Assembly: GCA_027923505.1 (NCBI GenBank)
Contig: BROI01000005.1
Location: 930,001 to 994,000, forward strand
Length of the DNA: 64,000 bases
Reading direction: 5' to 3'
Origin: Mayamaea pseudoterrestris
Taxonomy: Eukaryota
The translations under genes were made by a program, and so were the position numbers. A model generated the notes under the pieces. That model made no database searches and had not been told where the DNA came from. It saw only the letters and a list, made by a program, of their open reading frames with translations. Position 1 is the stretch's first letter. Every line of letters begins with the position of its first letter. Shown one piece after another: positions 42,355 to 53,801 of the stretch.

Positions 42355-43396
42355 ATGAAGCGAGTGACTGACGCCTCGGCTTCAAGAAGAATGAGTCGAA
42401 ACATATGCATTTCAGATACCAACGAGGACATGGGTGGCTCAAGGCAATCGTCAATCACAACCTTTTTCGATCCAAAACCAAAGCAACAAAGACGCAAGTC
42501 CATGGCATCGAATGAAAATATCAAGCTGCACGTTGCAAAGCTTCACTCTAAAACGCCGCCGCGGCAAATCGCAACTGATTACTCGTCACCCTCATTTACT
42601 AATTCCAACCAGCACGCGCCGAAACGACGCAACCTGCAGCAACAAACGTATCTGGACTTTGGCCAAAAGAGTTTCGGCAAAAAGACATTATGTCAGTTAT
42701 GCGGAATGCTGTTTGATGAAAGATTGCCGGAGGATGCCAAGCAGCACTCCTGGGTGTGCAAAGAGTTTGTCCAGGGCGTTCCCTTTCAAGCGGAAGCTGC
42801 TCGAGTCGTTTCATCTATAAATGAAAACGCAACCATTATTGAAGTGAGTGTGCCATGTCGTGTGCGCTTCGTCGTGAGTTTCGATGCATCTCACATGTCG
42901 TTGGATGTTGGCTCGGCCAACGATCATCCATTGCTACTTCCAGATTCGACCTAGCGACGGCAACAGTTTGCACAACAAAGTTACTCAGGTGCGAGCCATT
43001 GTCGACAACGAACTTGGATTTGTACAGTCGGAAGAGGTTGAGAAGGAGGCCAAGCGATGGATTTATTTTTACATTATCACCAAGCGCATCGTTGGCATGG
43101 CGAGTGCAGAAAGAATACAGTACGCGTACGAGCTACTCGAAAACAATGTTGATCGCGCCCAAGAGAAGCAAAAAGCCATGGTTGGAATTCATCAGATATG
43201 GGTACATTCAAAGTTTCGTGGGCAAAAGATAGCGTCTCGTCTCGTCGATGCGATCCGCGAAAAGGCAATGTATGGATGCGTCATTCCTCGCAGCCAAGTC
43301 GCTTTTTCTAGCCCAACACTGGCTGGAGCAACTTTTGCAAGAAGCTATAATGCAGCTGATGCTGATAGCAAGGTTCTAGTCTACGATTGTAAATGA
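42355..43396 (+). CDS. ECO1: Cohesin acetyltransferase ECO1/ESCO, 2 exons: 42355-42843, 42944-43396
   Basis: PIP box QSSITTFF, QTYLDFGQKSFG, CQLCGM...H...C zinc finger, VGIHQIWVHSKFRGQKIASRLVD, AFSSPT. Start codon uncertain. Confidence 0.92.
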
Positions 43397-44186
43397 TACA
43401 AGCCGACAGAGTGAGTCTTTCCTCTATTTCTTCTGTGAGTAACTGGTAGCTACACTACGTCGGTTTGCATCACTTCGCACTATACTATTTGGCATGCTAA
43501 CCAAGTAAGACGTGACCGGCAACAGTCGATGGTATAGTAATTATTCTGAGTACTACCGGTAGATTGTAAATAATGACGATAGCGATGCCATGCGAGGCTA
43601 CCCGGTACTGTGCTTACACCGATACGACATTAGGGACAAAATTGGCGTTTTTATTGCAACAGCGGGAGAGCACCCATTGAGCGCATGCCGGAAAAGAACA
43701 TGATACCGTTCGGCAAAGAACAATATCCGCGAGCCAATGAGCCTTGCTTAAAGTGAGTCAGACACCGTTTCTTCAACATTCGTTCAGATGGTCGTGAATT
43801 GACTCTCAAACTCCTGTCGTGATGGGAGACACTCTAAGCCTGAGGCATAAATAGTACCACGCCAGGAATAAATGGATCAATGACACTTTCCAGCTGCTTG
43901 GGTTAAGTAGTTAAGTTTAAGAAGCGAGGGCACTAATAATGTGTCAAGCCTTCTTCAACCGTAGAACAAGGATTACTTACGAAGCTCTCACTGGACCAGT
44001 TCCTCGGTGGACGCGAAGGCGATTCCACTCAAAACCTGGAGCTTGTGCCAGGAAACCAACCGAAGCGAGCACACATCAAGTGTTCGATCATTCCCAAGCT
44101 CTTTATACTACAAGGCTTCCTTGCAATTCTTTATCAAGCACTAGAGAGCCGCGCAATATATTCGTGATAACGACAACAAGCTGGCC

Positions 44187-45419
44187 ATGTCTCAAGACCA
44201 TCCTCTCCATCAACCAGGCGATAATGCCAGTCTGTCCGGATCACTTGACTTGAATCACAGCAACACCATGGCGATTCTCAAAGCTGTGCAGCAGCAGCAG
44301 GGTCAAGATGTGCAAGGGTTAAACTTCGGTGGAGGCAGCAATACGACGTTTGGTTTTCCATCGCAACAGCAAATGAACTCCATGTTTGGTAATGGCATTG
44401 GAGGTAATGATCAGAGTCAGCAGCAACAGCTGCAGCAGCAGCCACCAGACTTTCAATTGGAGCTCAAGCGACTTAACGATCAACTCAACAATGCCTCTGG
44501 ACCTCCATCTAATGCGTTGCTGCTGACGGGAAACAATAGTCAGCAGAGCAGCAATGGTGGCAGTGGCAATTTGAGCGCAACGGCCCTCTTTCAGTCGTTG
44601 ATGCTCGAGCAGCAACGCGCCATGGGTATGCCGCAGCAGCAGCAACACGCCCCGCAATCACCTCGTCCGCAGCATAGTGTTTCTGGAAGCAATCTGTCGA
44701 CCAATAACACGATGCAACCAGGATTCTTTCAGGACCCGCGCGTCATGATTGCTCAGAACCAGTTGGCGTCATTTCAGCGACAGTTGGACGTTCCGTTGCC
44801 ATCGCCGCACTCGCTGTTTCATCGGGACGGAAGTCGTCGTATGCGAGGAGGTGAGTTGATTGTGACTGTACTAGCGAGTATTATGTCGGCGATCACTGAA
44901 ACTCGTTTTCCTTCTTCCATTTGGTCTTGTCCACATTCATTGATCGCAGGCGTAATCGAACCCTTCCCGGAGAAGTTGATGCGACTTTTGAATGAATGCG
45001 AGGCAGCTGGTCGTACCGACGTTGTCTCGTGGATCGCCAATGGCCGCGCCTTCGCAATTCACAAGCCAGACAAGTTTTTTAAAGAGATTGTTCCGCTCTA
45101 CTTTCGCCAAAGTCGCCTAAGTTCTTTCAAACGGCAGCTCAACCTGTACAACTATGAATTGATCAATAGCGGACCAGCGCGGGGTGGCTATTTTAATGAA
45201 TTATTCGTTCGAGACCATCCAGAGCTGTGCCGACGAATGCGGCGAGTGGCTGTTAAGGTTGGCGGGCACAAGGAGAGGGACGGTGGTGCTCGAGTCGATC
45301 ACCGCGAGCAGCCGCATCAATCGCAGGCGCCGGTTGGTAGAAAGAGCAGCAGCAAGACAGTATCCGTCGAGGGTACCATATTTGACTTGTCTGAGGACAC
45401 TGGCAACGATAATGCATAA
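44187..45419 (+). CDS. Heat-shock-factor family transcription factor; intron 44851-44949
   Basis: Gln-rich N-terminus; RGG|VIEPFPEKL...VSWIANGRAFAIHKPDKF...YFRQSRLSSFKRQLNLY...MRR. Confidence 0.92.
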   Translation: MSQDHPLHQPGDNASLSGSLDLNHSNTMAILKAVQQQQGQDVQGLNFGGGSNTTFGFPSQQQMNSMFGNGIGGNDQSQQQQLQQQPPDFQLELKRLNDQLNNASGPPSNALLLTGNNSQQSSNGGSGNLSATALFQSLMLEQQRAMGMPQQQQHAPQSPRPQHSVSGSNLSTNNTMQPGFFQDPRVMIAQNQLASFQRQLDVPLPSPHSLFHRDGSRRMRGGELIVTVLASIMSAITETRFPSSIWSCPHSLIAGVIEPFPEKLMRLLNECEAAGRTDVVSWIANGRAFAIHKPDKFFKEIVPLYFRQSRLSSFKRQLNLYNYELINSGPARGGYFNELFVRDHPELCRRMRRVAVKVGGHKERDGGARVDHREQPHQSQAPVGRKSSSKTVSVEGTIFDLSEDTGNDNA

Positions 45420-46019
45420 TCGATACTGCCGGAAGTTGGCTGTCGAGCAGCATTTTGTGTAGTAAGAATTCATTTAGCTTCACAATAATGTACGGATTTG
45501 TTGAGCGATCGAGGGGTGCTACTAGAGTAAACTTTATTATTTTCCGAGGCTAACATGATAAAGTCACAGTCAGAGGAACTTCACAAACGTATGTTCTCAA
45601 TACTACTAACATTGCGTGTAACGTTGACCGTGCGTGCCTAAAGTGCTGCATAAAGGGCAATGACTGTTACATGGCCTGGATAACGAGGGTAAGATTCCAG
45701 ATGGAATCAAAGGTAACGGCTTGGGCACTTGGCCTTCCACAATGGTAGCATTCGCCTACTCTTGGAAAAGCCGTACTATTTTCGCAACTGGCAGCGACAA
45801 GGCAATGATGTAAAAAGTCGCGTTGCCCGCTGCCCGCGAGCTTGTTCCTGTCTTGCTTTAGCTGTAGTGTTTAGCTGTAGTGCGCCTGTTATGGGCTACC
45901 AGTGGGTCAAGTAGCTTCATTTGCTTGAAATGTTCATCGACTTTTCGCATCAGACTCACCCCTTCTGCGTCGGGGGTCCTCACAACAAAAATGCTTCGGA
46001 AGCACTTGCTCGAGTCAAG

Positions 46020-46435
46020 GGCGCGGAGGAGTCATGCAGCCATTTCCCGCCAAGCACCATTGATTGCTCGCTGAAACTGGGCGAGAGGGCAAAGGTCAAG
46101 ATGTATTAGCTCTCTAACGGACACGCGTTTGCCATACATAAAGTGGATCGTTTTGTCGAGGAAATCATGCCACTGTGGCGAGAGGGCAAAGGTCAAGATG
46201 TATTAGCTCTCTAACGGACACGCGTTTGCCATACATAAAGTGGATCGTTTTGTCGAGGAAATCATGCCACTGTACATTAGACGGAACAAAAGGAGCTCTT
46301 TTGCGCGACAGCTGTGCTTGTACGAACACTCGCTGCAGTACTTCGATTCCCTGCGTCTAATCTCAAGAACTTTACCGCAGCGGCCCCAATCGGCGACCGC
46401 CCCGATTGGTCACTTACATGCGACGAGTCTGGGTT
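46020..46435 (+). pseudogene. Decayed HSF DNA-binding-domain copy containing a 97-bp tandem duplication (46080-46273)
   Basis: RGGVMQPFPAKHH*LLAE...NGHAFAIHKVDRFVEEIMPLY...SSFARQLCLY...LVTYMRR, with a stop, frameshifts and a duplicated segment. Confidence 0.8.
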
Positions 46436-46660
46436 TTGGGAATTTTCGATCGTCGCAAAGACAAAATAAGAGTGTTGTGCTCGATCCGGATTTTGGATCC
46501 ATACGGAATAATGGGCACTTCTCGTCGAGATGAACATCACACGCGGCGTGCGCAACCACTTTGTGTATACAAACAATCAAGAGCATCATGGTATAGCATT
46601 AGTTGTTCAACCCAAGGTCCAGTGCAGGATCGAGACTAATGCACATTTGCTCGGGTAGCC

Positions 46661-47845
46661 TCATCTGTCTTGGTTTGGCCCAGGTGCAAAATTGCTTCCA
46701 CGATCACTAATCTCGCGAAGAAGCTGTTGTAGCTGAGTCGAAGTAAGTTGTTGCAGCAAATCTCGAGAAATGCTGTTTACATGGTTTAAGGGGTCGGACA
46801 AACCCACATGGTTCAAATCGCCTACTCCGACACCTTGGCCAAGACCGCCAGACCCAAAAATGACAGGAGGAAGCGCTCGATTGGAATGAAGCAGTGATAG
46901 CATGTCATTGGGCAAAAAAGCCAATCCTTGTGAGTCAATTGATTGATTTAACACAGCTGGTCTGCCAGCATCGTTGGATGGAAACAAGTTATACCCGCCA
47001 GTACCTTGTAGGAAATGGCGCTGCGCTGCAAGTCGACTGAGAACGACATCCTGCTGTGCTCGCTCCGCCACCAGTCGATTTATGCTATCCTCAGTGCCAG
47101 TGGCGCCCATAGATGGAACTGGGATTCTCATCTGGGGTTTGTGGGAACGTTGGGTGTGAGGAAGTAGGCTCGTCAACGCAGGAACTACGGTAAAAGTACC
47201 GCTTTGCCGTATTGACCATGACGAGTAGATGCAACTTACCTCTGCGCGCCTCCATACTAGGGAGTCGCTCCTGTTCGACTCCTGGATTAGCTGACCAATA
47301 ATGAGTTTGCGTTGCTCGTTCTCTTCGTGCAAGCGTCGCATTACGGTGACTGTCCGTGAGATTAGGTCAACTCGACTAAGCAAGTTGTCGTCCTGCGGGG
47401 CGGCAGTCCCTTTCCATTGGCCACGTCGAGCCCGATCCTCCGCTTCTGCTCTCACTTCTGGATCAACTTCAAGGAGCAAAGTCATGAGATCCTCGAAACC
47501 CCTATTAACGTCGCTGCGTCGCTTCTTTTCGCGGTATCGTTTGCGCTCCGACCGGCTCAGCGAGGCTAGCTTGGAAGGAGTCATGTCAGTATCCATCACG
47601 CAATCATCGTCTTCCTCGTCATCAATATCATCCCCATCGTCATCTTCACGTTGCTGGGAACGCGGGTAGGCTTTCCTACTCTCATTTGTACTGTTTGTAT
47701 TTTCCGACACGTCCACTAATGAGGCTGGACGTTTTACTCCATGACGGGCAACACCGACAGGACCAATGAGTATCTTTTGTTCTAGGCCATCACTGCCGTC
47801 GTTATCCTTGGGATGATCTGGTATTCCAAATTGCTGGGCCTCCAT
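46661..47845 (-). CDS. bHLH transcription factor; probable in-frame intron 47239-47132
   Basis: LSRSERKRYREKKRRSDVNRGFEDLMTLL...LSRVDLISRTVTVMRRLHEENE; gtaagt...cag intron. Confidence 0.85.
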   Translation of the reverse strand: MEAQQFGIPDHPKDNDGSDGLEQKILIGPVGVARHGVKRPASLVDVSENTNSTNESRKAYPRSQQREDDDGDDIDDEEDDDCVMDTDMTPSKLASLSRSERKRYREKKRRSDVNRGFEDLMTLLLEVDPEVRAEAEDRARRGQWKGTAAPQDDNLLSRVDLISRTVTVMRRLHEENEQRKLIIGQLIQESNRSDSLVWRRAEVSCIYSSWSIRQSGTFTVVPALTSLLPHTQRSHKPQMRIPVPSMGATGTEDSINRLVAERAQQDVVLSRLAAQRHFLQGTGGYNLFPSNDAGRPAVLNQSIDSQGLAFLPNDMLSLLHSNRALPPVIFGSGGLGQGVGVGDLNHVGLSDPLNHVNSISRDLLQQLTSTQLQQLLREISDRGSNFAPGPNQDR

Positions 47846-48847
47846 CTTTGTCGTATCTTGCTGCTGCGTGACAGTCGATCGTCCAGAGATGCAGATTAAT
47901 GTGAGAAAGCGGAGGGCGGGCGATTGTGAGGCTTGTGTCGAACGGGCGAACGCGAGGTGCGGCAGTCGATGTCCAGCGTGACATATAAGTTGAAGGCATG
48001 TGGCTGGGGATCGCATTTTGCAGCGTTCATCAAGCAACTTCAACATAATGACACGCGTTCGATTGTCATCTAAGTCATCTGTTTGTCATTTGAAAGACTT
48101 TTTAATATGCCACATATGTCTCAATGACTCTTGATACTTTGTTAATATATCAATCATTGACAGTGATTCAACACGAGAGAACCCTGGCGCTTTAGTTCCT
48201 ACTGGTACCACTACCACTACTCTACGGAGTGAGTACTCCGCAATTGGACCTTAATTGCTCGCAGCATCAACACCTTTTCTGACGAGCCTTGGTTCTACCG
48301 GTACCGGTACTTGTATATATGGCAGTGAGCCATACCGGTACCGTAGTCGAAAGTGCAAGGCGGCAAGCGCCTCTGTCATGCGCTAGAAATTACATCTTAG
48401 CTTGGCGCAGGCTCTTCTTTTCCCGGGCATCGCGCGGAGACAGTTTCAAAGTACCAGCATATACAAGTGCTGTATCGTGGCGTGAGCATTTTTATCCTTG
48501 CAAACACTTCCACGAGGACACTCGAGTATAAAATAGTGCAAGCCGAATAGACTGTGTGGCCTCCGCCCTCGTCAGCCTCGAAACCTTTTCATATAGGCCA
48601 ATAATGGTACGATAGCTAAAATTGTGGAGCACATAGAGGGTCGGAATTGGCTCCTGCACTTGTTTCATGCATCTTTTCACTTTGTTGCGCGATGTCGCGA
48701 GCACATCATTCGATTTTCACGACCTTTCCTTGTTACTTCACTCTGATCATAACTAGAGTAGCCGATTTATATTGCTGTTGCAAGACGATTTGCGATATAG
48801 CCTGCAACGAACTCTTTGCTATCTAGGAGCCGCAAGTGTTGAAAAGA

Positions 48848-49231
48848 ATGTCTGGAGCAGGTTCGAAACTTGGATCGAAACTTGTGGTTGTTGCGGTTGG
48901 TGGCACACTAGCTGCCTTAGGTAAGTTTTTTGAATAAATAGCTAATGAGTAAATGTATCTGTTATAATGGGTCCACCCTTTGACTTTTGACAACTCGACA
49001 GGCATCGGAACGATTTATCTTCCATTCTTCGCTGACAAGGACAAGGTGCGAGGCTTGCACGAGGAGAGTGAACTGAGCTTTGCCGAAAGGGCAGAATATG
49101 AACGAGTGATGCGAGAAATTAAGGCGTCCGAAGATGATCATGAGCAACAGCAGAAGCGTGGAGGTCTTCCGAGCAGCAGCAACAGCATGTGGTCGCGCAT
49201 AAATCAAGCGGCAAGTGGCCAACCAAAGTAG
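48848..49231 (+). CDS. Small (~100 aa) single-pass membrane protein, 2 exons: 48848-48920, 49002-49231
   Basis: MSGAGSKLGSKLVVVAVGGTLAALG|IGTIYLPFFADKD...SMWSRIN; intron gtaagt...cag joins the frames. Confidence 0.7.
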
Positions 49232-49420
49232 TCTTGGAAAAGATTCAGACGTGAGACATGCATTACTAACTTGGCATAAGTCGTTACATGAAAAATAATG
49301 TCAGTTTATATTATCATGTTACAAAATAAGGTGTTAATGCACACGAACATTGCGATACGCCCTCCGCGTCCCACTTCGACGTCCGTCTGCGCACGCACAA
49401 ATTCTCTTCCATTAATTAGC

Positions 49421-50011
49421 CTAAAGAACACTCATGGATATGACTTCGAACGACTGAACCTCGTCCTCCATACCAAGGATCTTTTCCTCGACCTCGTCGG
49501 CCGAGTTGTTGGCTCCCATGACGAAAGTGGTGCAAATCTTCTTAATGCCATATGCAACATCCATCAACTGGCAGTTCTCACCCCAACGGAGCCCGTCCTG
49601 CGTTACTTCCGTGGTAATCTTTCTCCAAAGCGCCATCAAGTCTTGCTCAACGTCCCAAGGCTTGATTTCAACCGAAACCAGCGTGCGCTGCTTCTTCTCT
49701 TTGGAGGCAGCGCGGGCCTCGGCTTCACTCTTCAGTCGGGCTAGCATGTCGGCGCGAGATTCCTTGGGTTCGTCATCGGCGTCGTCGTCATCACCAAAGA
49801 CATCGAAATCATCGTCATTGTCATCAACGGCAGCCTTTTTGGCTGCGGGGGCAACGGCAGTGGAAGAAGTCTTGGTAGGTGCGGAAGGTGCAGAGTCAGG
49901 CTTCTTTGATGGCACGTCAATTTGAATTGGCTTCAGCACAATCTCACTGTTGCAAAAACTGAGAGCCACTCTTAGCTCATCGACCGATATGTCGTATGCA
50001 GGTAGCGACAT
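49421..50011 (-). CDS. Translation elongation factor 1-beta/delta (eEF1B GEF subunit)
   Basis: DDFDVFGDDD acidic linker; EIKPWDVEQDL...DGLRWG...VAYGIKK...EDEVQS. Confidence 0.93.
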   Translation of the reverse strand: MSLPAYDISVDELRVALSFCNSEIVLKPIQIDVPSKKPDSAPSAPTKTSSTAVAPAAKKAAVDDNDDDFDVFGDDDDADDEPKESRADMLARLKSEAEARAASKEKKQRTLVSVEIKPWDVEQDLMALWRKITTEVTQDGLRWGENCQLMDVAYGIKKICTTFVMGANNSADEVEEKILGMEDEVQSFEVISMSVL

Positions 50012-50275
50012 AGTGATGTGCACGAAGAGGTGAAGAGTTTAGGAAAGGAAAAAGTTGTGCGGTCGAAATGTCGTCGACAGAGAGCAAACGGGTGGCTCAT
50101 GACGAGTGAGAGTGCGACGCGACAAACGACATTCAGCTGCCATACAAGCACCAGTAGACGTAGGTTAAACGAGTATCTAAGCTACCGGTAGAAACCGTAT
50201 ACAACCAAAGTCATTAACCTCCACCATTAGCATCTATGCCTAATAGCAAGCAATAGATACTTTTCCAGAAAACAT

Positions 50276-51832
50276 CTACATGTCCACATGCTCGTGCCAC
50301 TCTTGAACCAATTCCACCGCCTTTTCGTCATCTTCCATCCCCTGCCACTTGATCAGTTGCGACCCTTGTGCCTTGCGACGAATCCTGTAAATGACTGCTG
50401 CCATGACAAGTATCAAACCAAAAAAGCCAGTGGCTGAGACCTCATGCCCGTACAAGACGCAAGAAAGTGCGATGCTTAAAAGAATGCGACACGTCATGAT
50501 TAAAGTGAAGACGACAGCTCCAAAGTTCTTGACGGTAAAGAAAATACACAACTGCCCAATTGTCGATGACATCGAGAAGAGGAAAAAGTGCAAATGTATC
50601 TCCGAGTGTGTCGATACAAACTTTAAAGCCGGATAGAGTTCCTTGGTATGCACCAACGTAACAAACGAAAGGACCGTCGAGTATGCCGAGGTGGCAAACA
50701 TCATTTCCACCATGGATAAATCGCGGTGTCGCTGAAACATGCGCGACTGAAACTGACTGGTAAAGCTGTCAAACAAGAGATACAAGCAAAGTAGCATGAC
50801 GCCCGTCCAGGCCGAGCTGACTTCTCCACCGAGGTAGTCGTGCCCAAAGCTCAAGTCGTCCGTCGATGTCATGAACATGGTAATACCAATTCCAATCAAC
50901 AAGGCGACAAGGTAGTCGTATGCCGGATAACTCTTGTTGCCAAGTAGCTTGCCCATGAGCATGACAGGTGCCAGTTTGAATGATTTAAAGAGCGTCGTTG
51001 CTGGAAAGGAAACGTAGCGAAGAGCTTCATACTGGCACCAACTGGAAAGCATGTTCGAAATGGACGGAAATGAATACTCGTAGACAATCGTCGATGTGCT
51101 GAATCGCGGTTTTAAGTACATGAGCAGCATGCCCGACATGATGACTGTCCAAAAGCGGTTGGTAAAAACCAAAGCGTAGCTGTAGGTGAAGTACTCTCCA
51201 GTGAATCGAGGGTACCGTCTAGTCAACATGCGCTCCTGCAAGACACCCCAAAGAACAAAGGTCATATTCAACATTAATGAGCAAAAGACCAATCGACGAA
51301 TGACTTGTAGACGACTGAGCGTTCCTTGTTGAAGATCGAGGAAATTAGTGTTCTCTCTAGCTTGCTCCTTGGTGGTTGCGCTGACAGTTTTCTCTTGTTG
51401 CCGCTGCTGTTGAGCTAGACGTTCACTCGGATCGTCGTCGCTGTCTAGAATGTCATCGTCATCGTCTTCAACATCCGATCCATAGAAGCTGGAATCCTCT
51501 TGATCCTCGTCATCCTGCGACCGAGCCATGCGGTAAGAGTAGCTTCGAGTCCTTGGTGCATTGGATGTTCCTCTTTCCAATGACTCGGGAAAATAAATCT
51601 TGGCAACGATAATAGAAACAATAACCAGTGAAACGTATAGCAAAAAGTTGGTAGCCAGAAGATAAAGTTCGGCTTCGGCAGTCTTGGAAAAGAGGGGCCG
51701 CTGCTGCGTATTCAATTCATTGCTGGTAATCGCATCATTGTAGTGATGGGAAACATTGTCGCCGTCATCGTCCAAGACTTGGTCGAGAAACCTCGACGGA
51801 TGAAAGTTGTCCGCCAGTGACAGAAAATCCAT
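50276..51832 (-). CDS. PAPS transporter 1 / SLC35B2-like nucleotide-sugar transporter
   Basis: WGVLQERMLT, LVFTNR, SSWCQYEALRYVSFPATTLFKSFKLAPVMLMG, FDSFTSQFQ, GQLCIFFTVKNFGAVVF. Confidence 0.9.
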   Translation of the reverse strand: MDFLSLADNFHPSRFLDQVLDDDGDNVSHHYNDAITSNELNTQQRPLFSKTAEAELYLLATNFLLYVSLVIVSIIVAKIYFPESLERGTSNAPRTRSYSYRMARSQDDEDQEDSSFYGSDVEDDDDDILDSDDDPSERLAQQQRQQEKTVSATTKEQARENTNFLDLQQGTLSRLQVIRRLVFCSLMLNMTFVLWGVLQERMLTRRYPRFTGEYFTYSYALVFTNRFWTVIMSGMLLMYLKPRFSTSTIVYEYSFPSISNMLSSWCQYEALRYVSFPATTLFKSFKLAPVMLMGKLLGNKSYPAYDYLVALLIGIGITMFMTSTDDLSFGHDYLGGEVSSAWTGVMLLCLYLLFDSFTSQFQSRMFQRHRDLSMVEMMFATSAYSTVLSFVTLVHTKELYPALKFVSTHSEIHLHFFLFSMSSTIGQLCIFFTVKNFGAVVFTLIMTCRILLSIALSCVLYGHEVSATGFFGLILVMAAVIYRIRRKAQGSQLIKWQGMEDDEKAVELVQEWHEHVDM

Positions 51833-52896
51833 TGCTGAATCAGTATCGTGCTGATGTGATACAAAAATGATCAGATGAATGGCTCTGCAATGATCGACAC
51901 GATCCGCTTGTTAAGGTGACTGAAACGATTGTTTGAAGATGTAAATGAGTATAGGGGACTTGCACAATCGAGGCAACTTTGAGTCATGCGGCGTCTGCTC
52001 CCGTCTGCGTCCATGGTGGGTTGCTCGTCGCTTCGTGACGCTGCAGTTTAACCTTGACCTTTTCTTTCATGGCTTCATGGTCCCAACCGTCTCGTCTTTC
52101 CGGTACTCACAGAAAGCCAAGGAACAACCATTTCACAATTTCAGTCTCGACGTCTCGAGTCTCGACTGTCGATGACTTTCAACATCAATTTTTGTCTCTT
52201 CCTCCAGGTGATGACGTGACGATTGTACCTTTTCTCGTCATTATGATCGCTAAATCGACGAACACAATCGCATCCTTTCCACAGCGGCCAACCGACGACG
52301 CTGTCGGCACGGGTCGTCTGATTGGCATTTTGGCATTCGGGAAGAAATCTGGGGCTGATCGTTAGCAAGTTTGGACGGCCAAGTGTTGCATGGATCGCAT
52401 GCGACGAGCAACTGGAGTACCTGTATACTGCTTGGAGCTTGTGAATCACTATTAGTCAGTGACGGAAACTTCGGAAGGAGGTTGTCGAGGTGGCGAATCG
52501 TTTCGGAAAGAACATATTCATTTTTACGCTAAACATATGAATCCCAAGTTATTGCTCTTCTTGATTCTACGTGCTGTAAATTGTCGGCAACATCCACGTA
52601 TGATACGACGAACGGGACATTAGCCGAGCTTGCCGACTGGCTATTACCTGTTGCCACTTGCTTGGCGTTACACTTTGATTCAACAGCTTGTGGTAATGCT
52701 TGCGCGGCATTTGGATCGTCACTTCGTCTTGGTGCTTGATGGAGCTGCTGGTGGCAACGTGACAACCATGGACGGTGAGCAATGAGTAGGCGCAGCCGAT
52801 GTCTGGTGCCAGTGCAAGGTGCTATCAATGGCAATGTCAATGTTATAGTCACCGCCAATATATTGCTTTAAAGAAATAATATGATTGTTTTGGTGC

Positions 52897-53646
52897 TTAT
52901 TTAACCAGTTGCTGGTAAATGGTGTTCATGAGCCCAGCAACGAAATGCAGTTGCTCCGCTTCCGATGCCACCGTGAGGGGAGGAACGTGCAGAAAGAGGG
53001 ACCGAAAGGAGCACACTCTTGTACCGGTAGTCACTTCACCCGTTTGGAACCTTTCTAGACTATAGTAGTAGGCATAGTTGCAGACGAAACGACCTGGGTC
53101 GATACTTTGAATGGCGTTTGTGGAACGGCCAACCGACGCAGCAGTAGTCACATTCATTGACTCGACTAGATCGGATACATCCAACAGGCTTTCCAAGCAG
53201 CACTCAAAGCTGTGTCTGTCTATAATGCACTGTCCTTGTGGTTTATAGTTTTGCTCGTCGGGGACTCGAAAGGTGGCGTTATTGTATGCTCGACGTTCCA
53301 GTTGAAAAAACGTGCCGCAGTAGTTAACGCCAAGATGAAGCAGGACAGTAGTTTTTGGTTCGGAAACTGATGATTCGGTGGTGAATGAGGTCAATTCTTG
53401 ATGGAGTCGATCCAGTTCCTCTGTGACAGCCATCGCCGACGTTTCAAAAAGAAGAGTGCGAGTCGAGTTTGCCAAATACCTGCATGACGAGGGAGCGTCC
53501 GTTTTCAAGTAATCAACAAGTCGACTCACAACAATTTGCGTTGGGTTGGTTTGAACACCATGAAACGGTCCAAAACCAGTGACGATGAAGGATACTTTAT
53601 TAAGCAGCTTGTCCCTCTCCTGCTGCTGGACGGACGGCTGCTCCAT
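52897..53646 (-). CDS. Pyroglutamyl-peptidase I (peptidase C15)
   Basis: VTGFGPFHGVQTNPT, LHLGV, LERRAYN, SIDPGRFVCNYAYY, FLHVP. Confidence 0.92.
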   Translation of the reverse strand: MEQPSVQQQERDKLLNKVSFIVTGFGPFHGVQTNPTQIVVSRLVDYLKTDAPSSCRYLANSTRTLLFETSAMAVTEELDRLHQELTSFTTESSVSEPKTTVLLHLGVNYCGTFFQLERRAYNNATFRVPDEQNYKPQGQCIIDRHSFECCLESLLDVSDLVESMNVTTAASVGRSTNAIQSIDPGRFVCNYAYYYSLERFQTGEVTTGTRVCSFRSLFLHVPPLTVASEAEQLHFVAGLMNTIYQQLVK

Positions 53647-53681
53647 TTTCGCTTTGTGAATGCAAACGAAGATTGCGTGAC

Positions 53682-53717
53682 AGAACCGATGTGACATGAG
53701 GAGAACCGATGTGACAT
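53682..53717. repeat. 16-bp direct repeat (20-bp period) in a short divergent promoter
   Basis: agaaccgatgtgacat at 53682 and 53702. Confidence 0.8.
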
Positions 53718-53801
53718 TAATCTTTTTTTCGACGCACGATGAAGATGAAGTAAGAAGTGGACTGCATTGTCATTATCGTCCACTACACTGCATGGTCAAC
53801 G

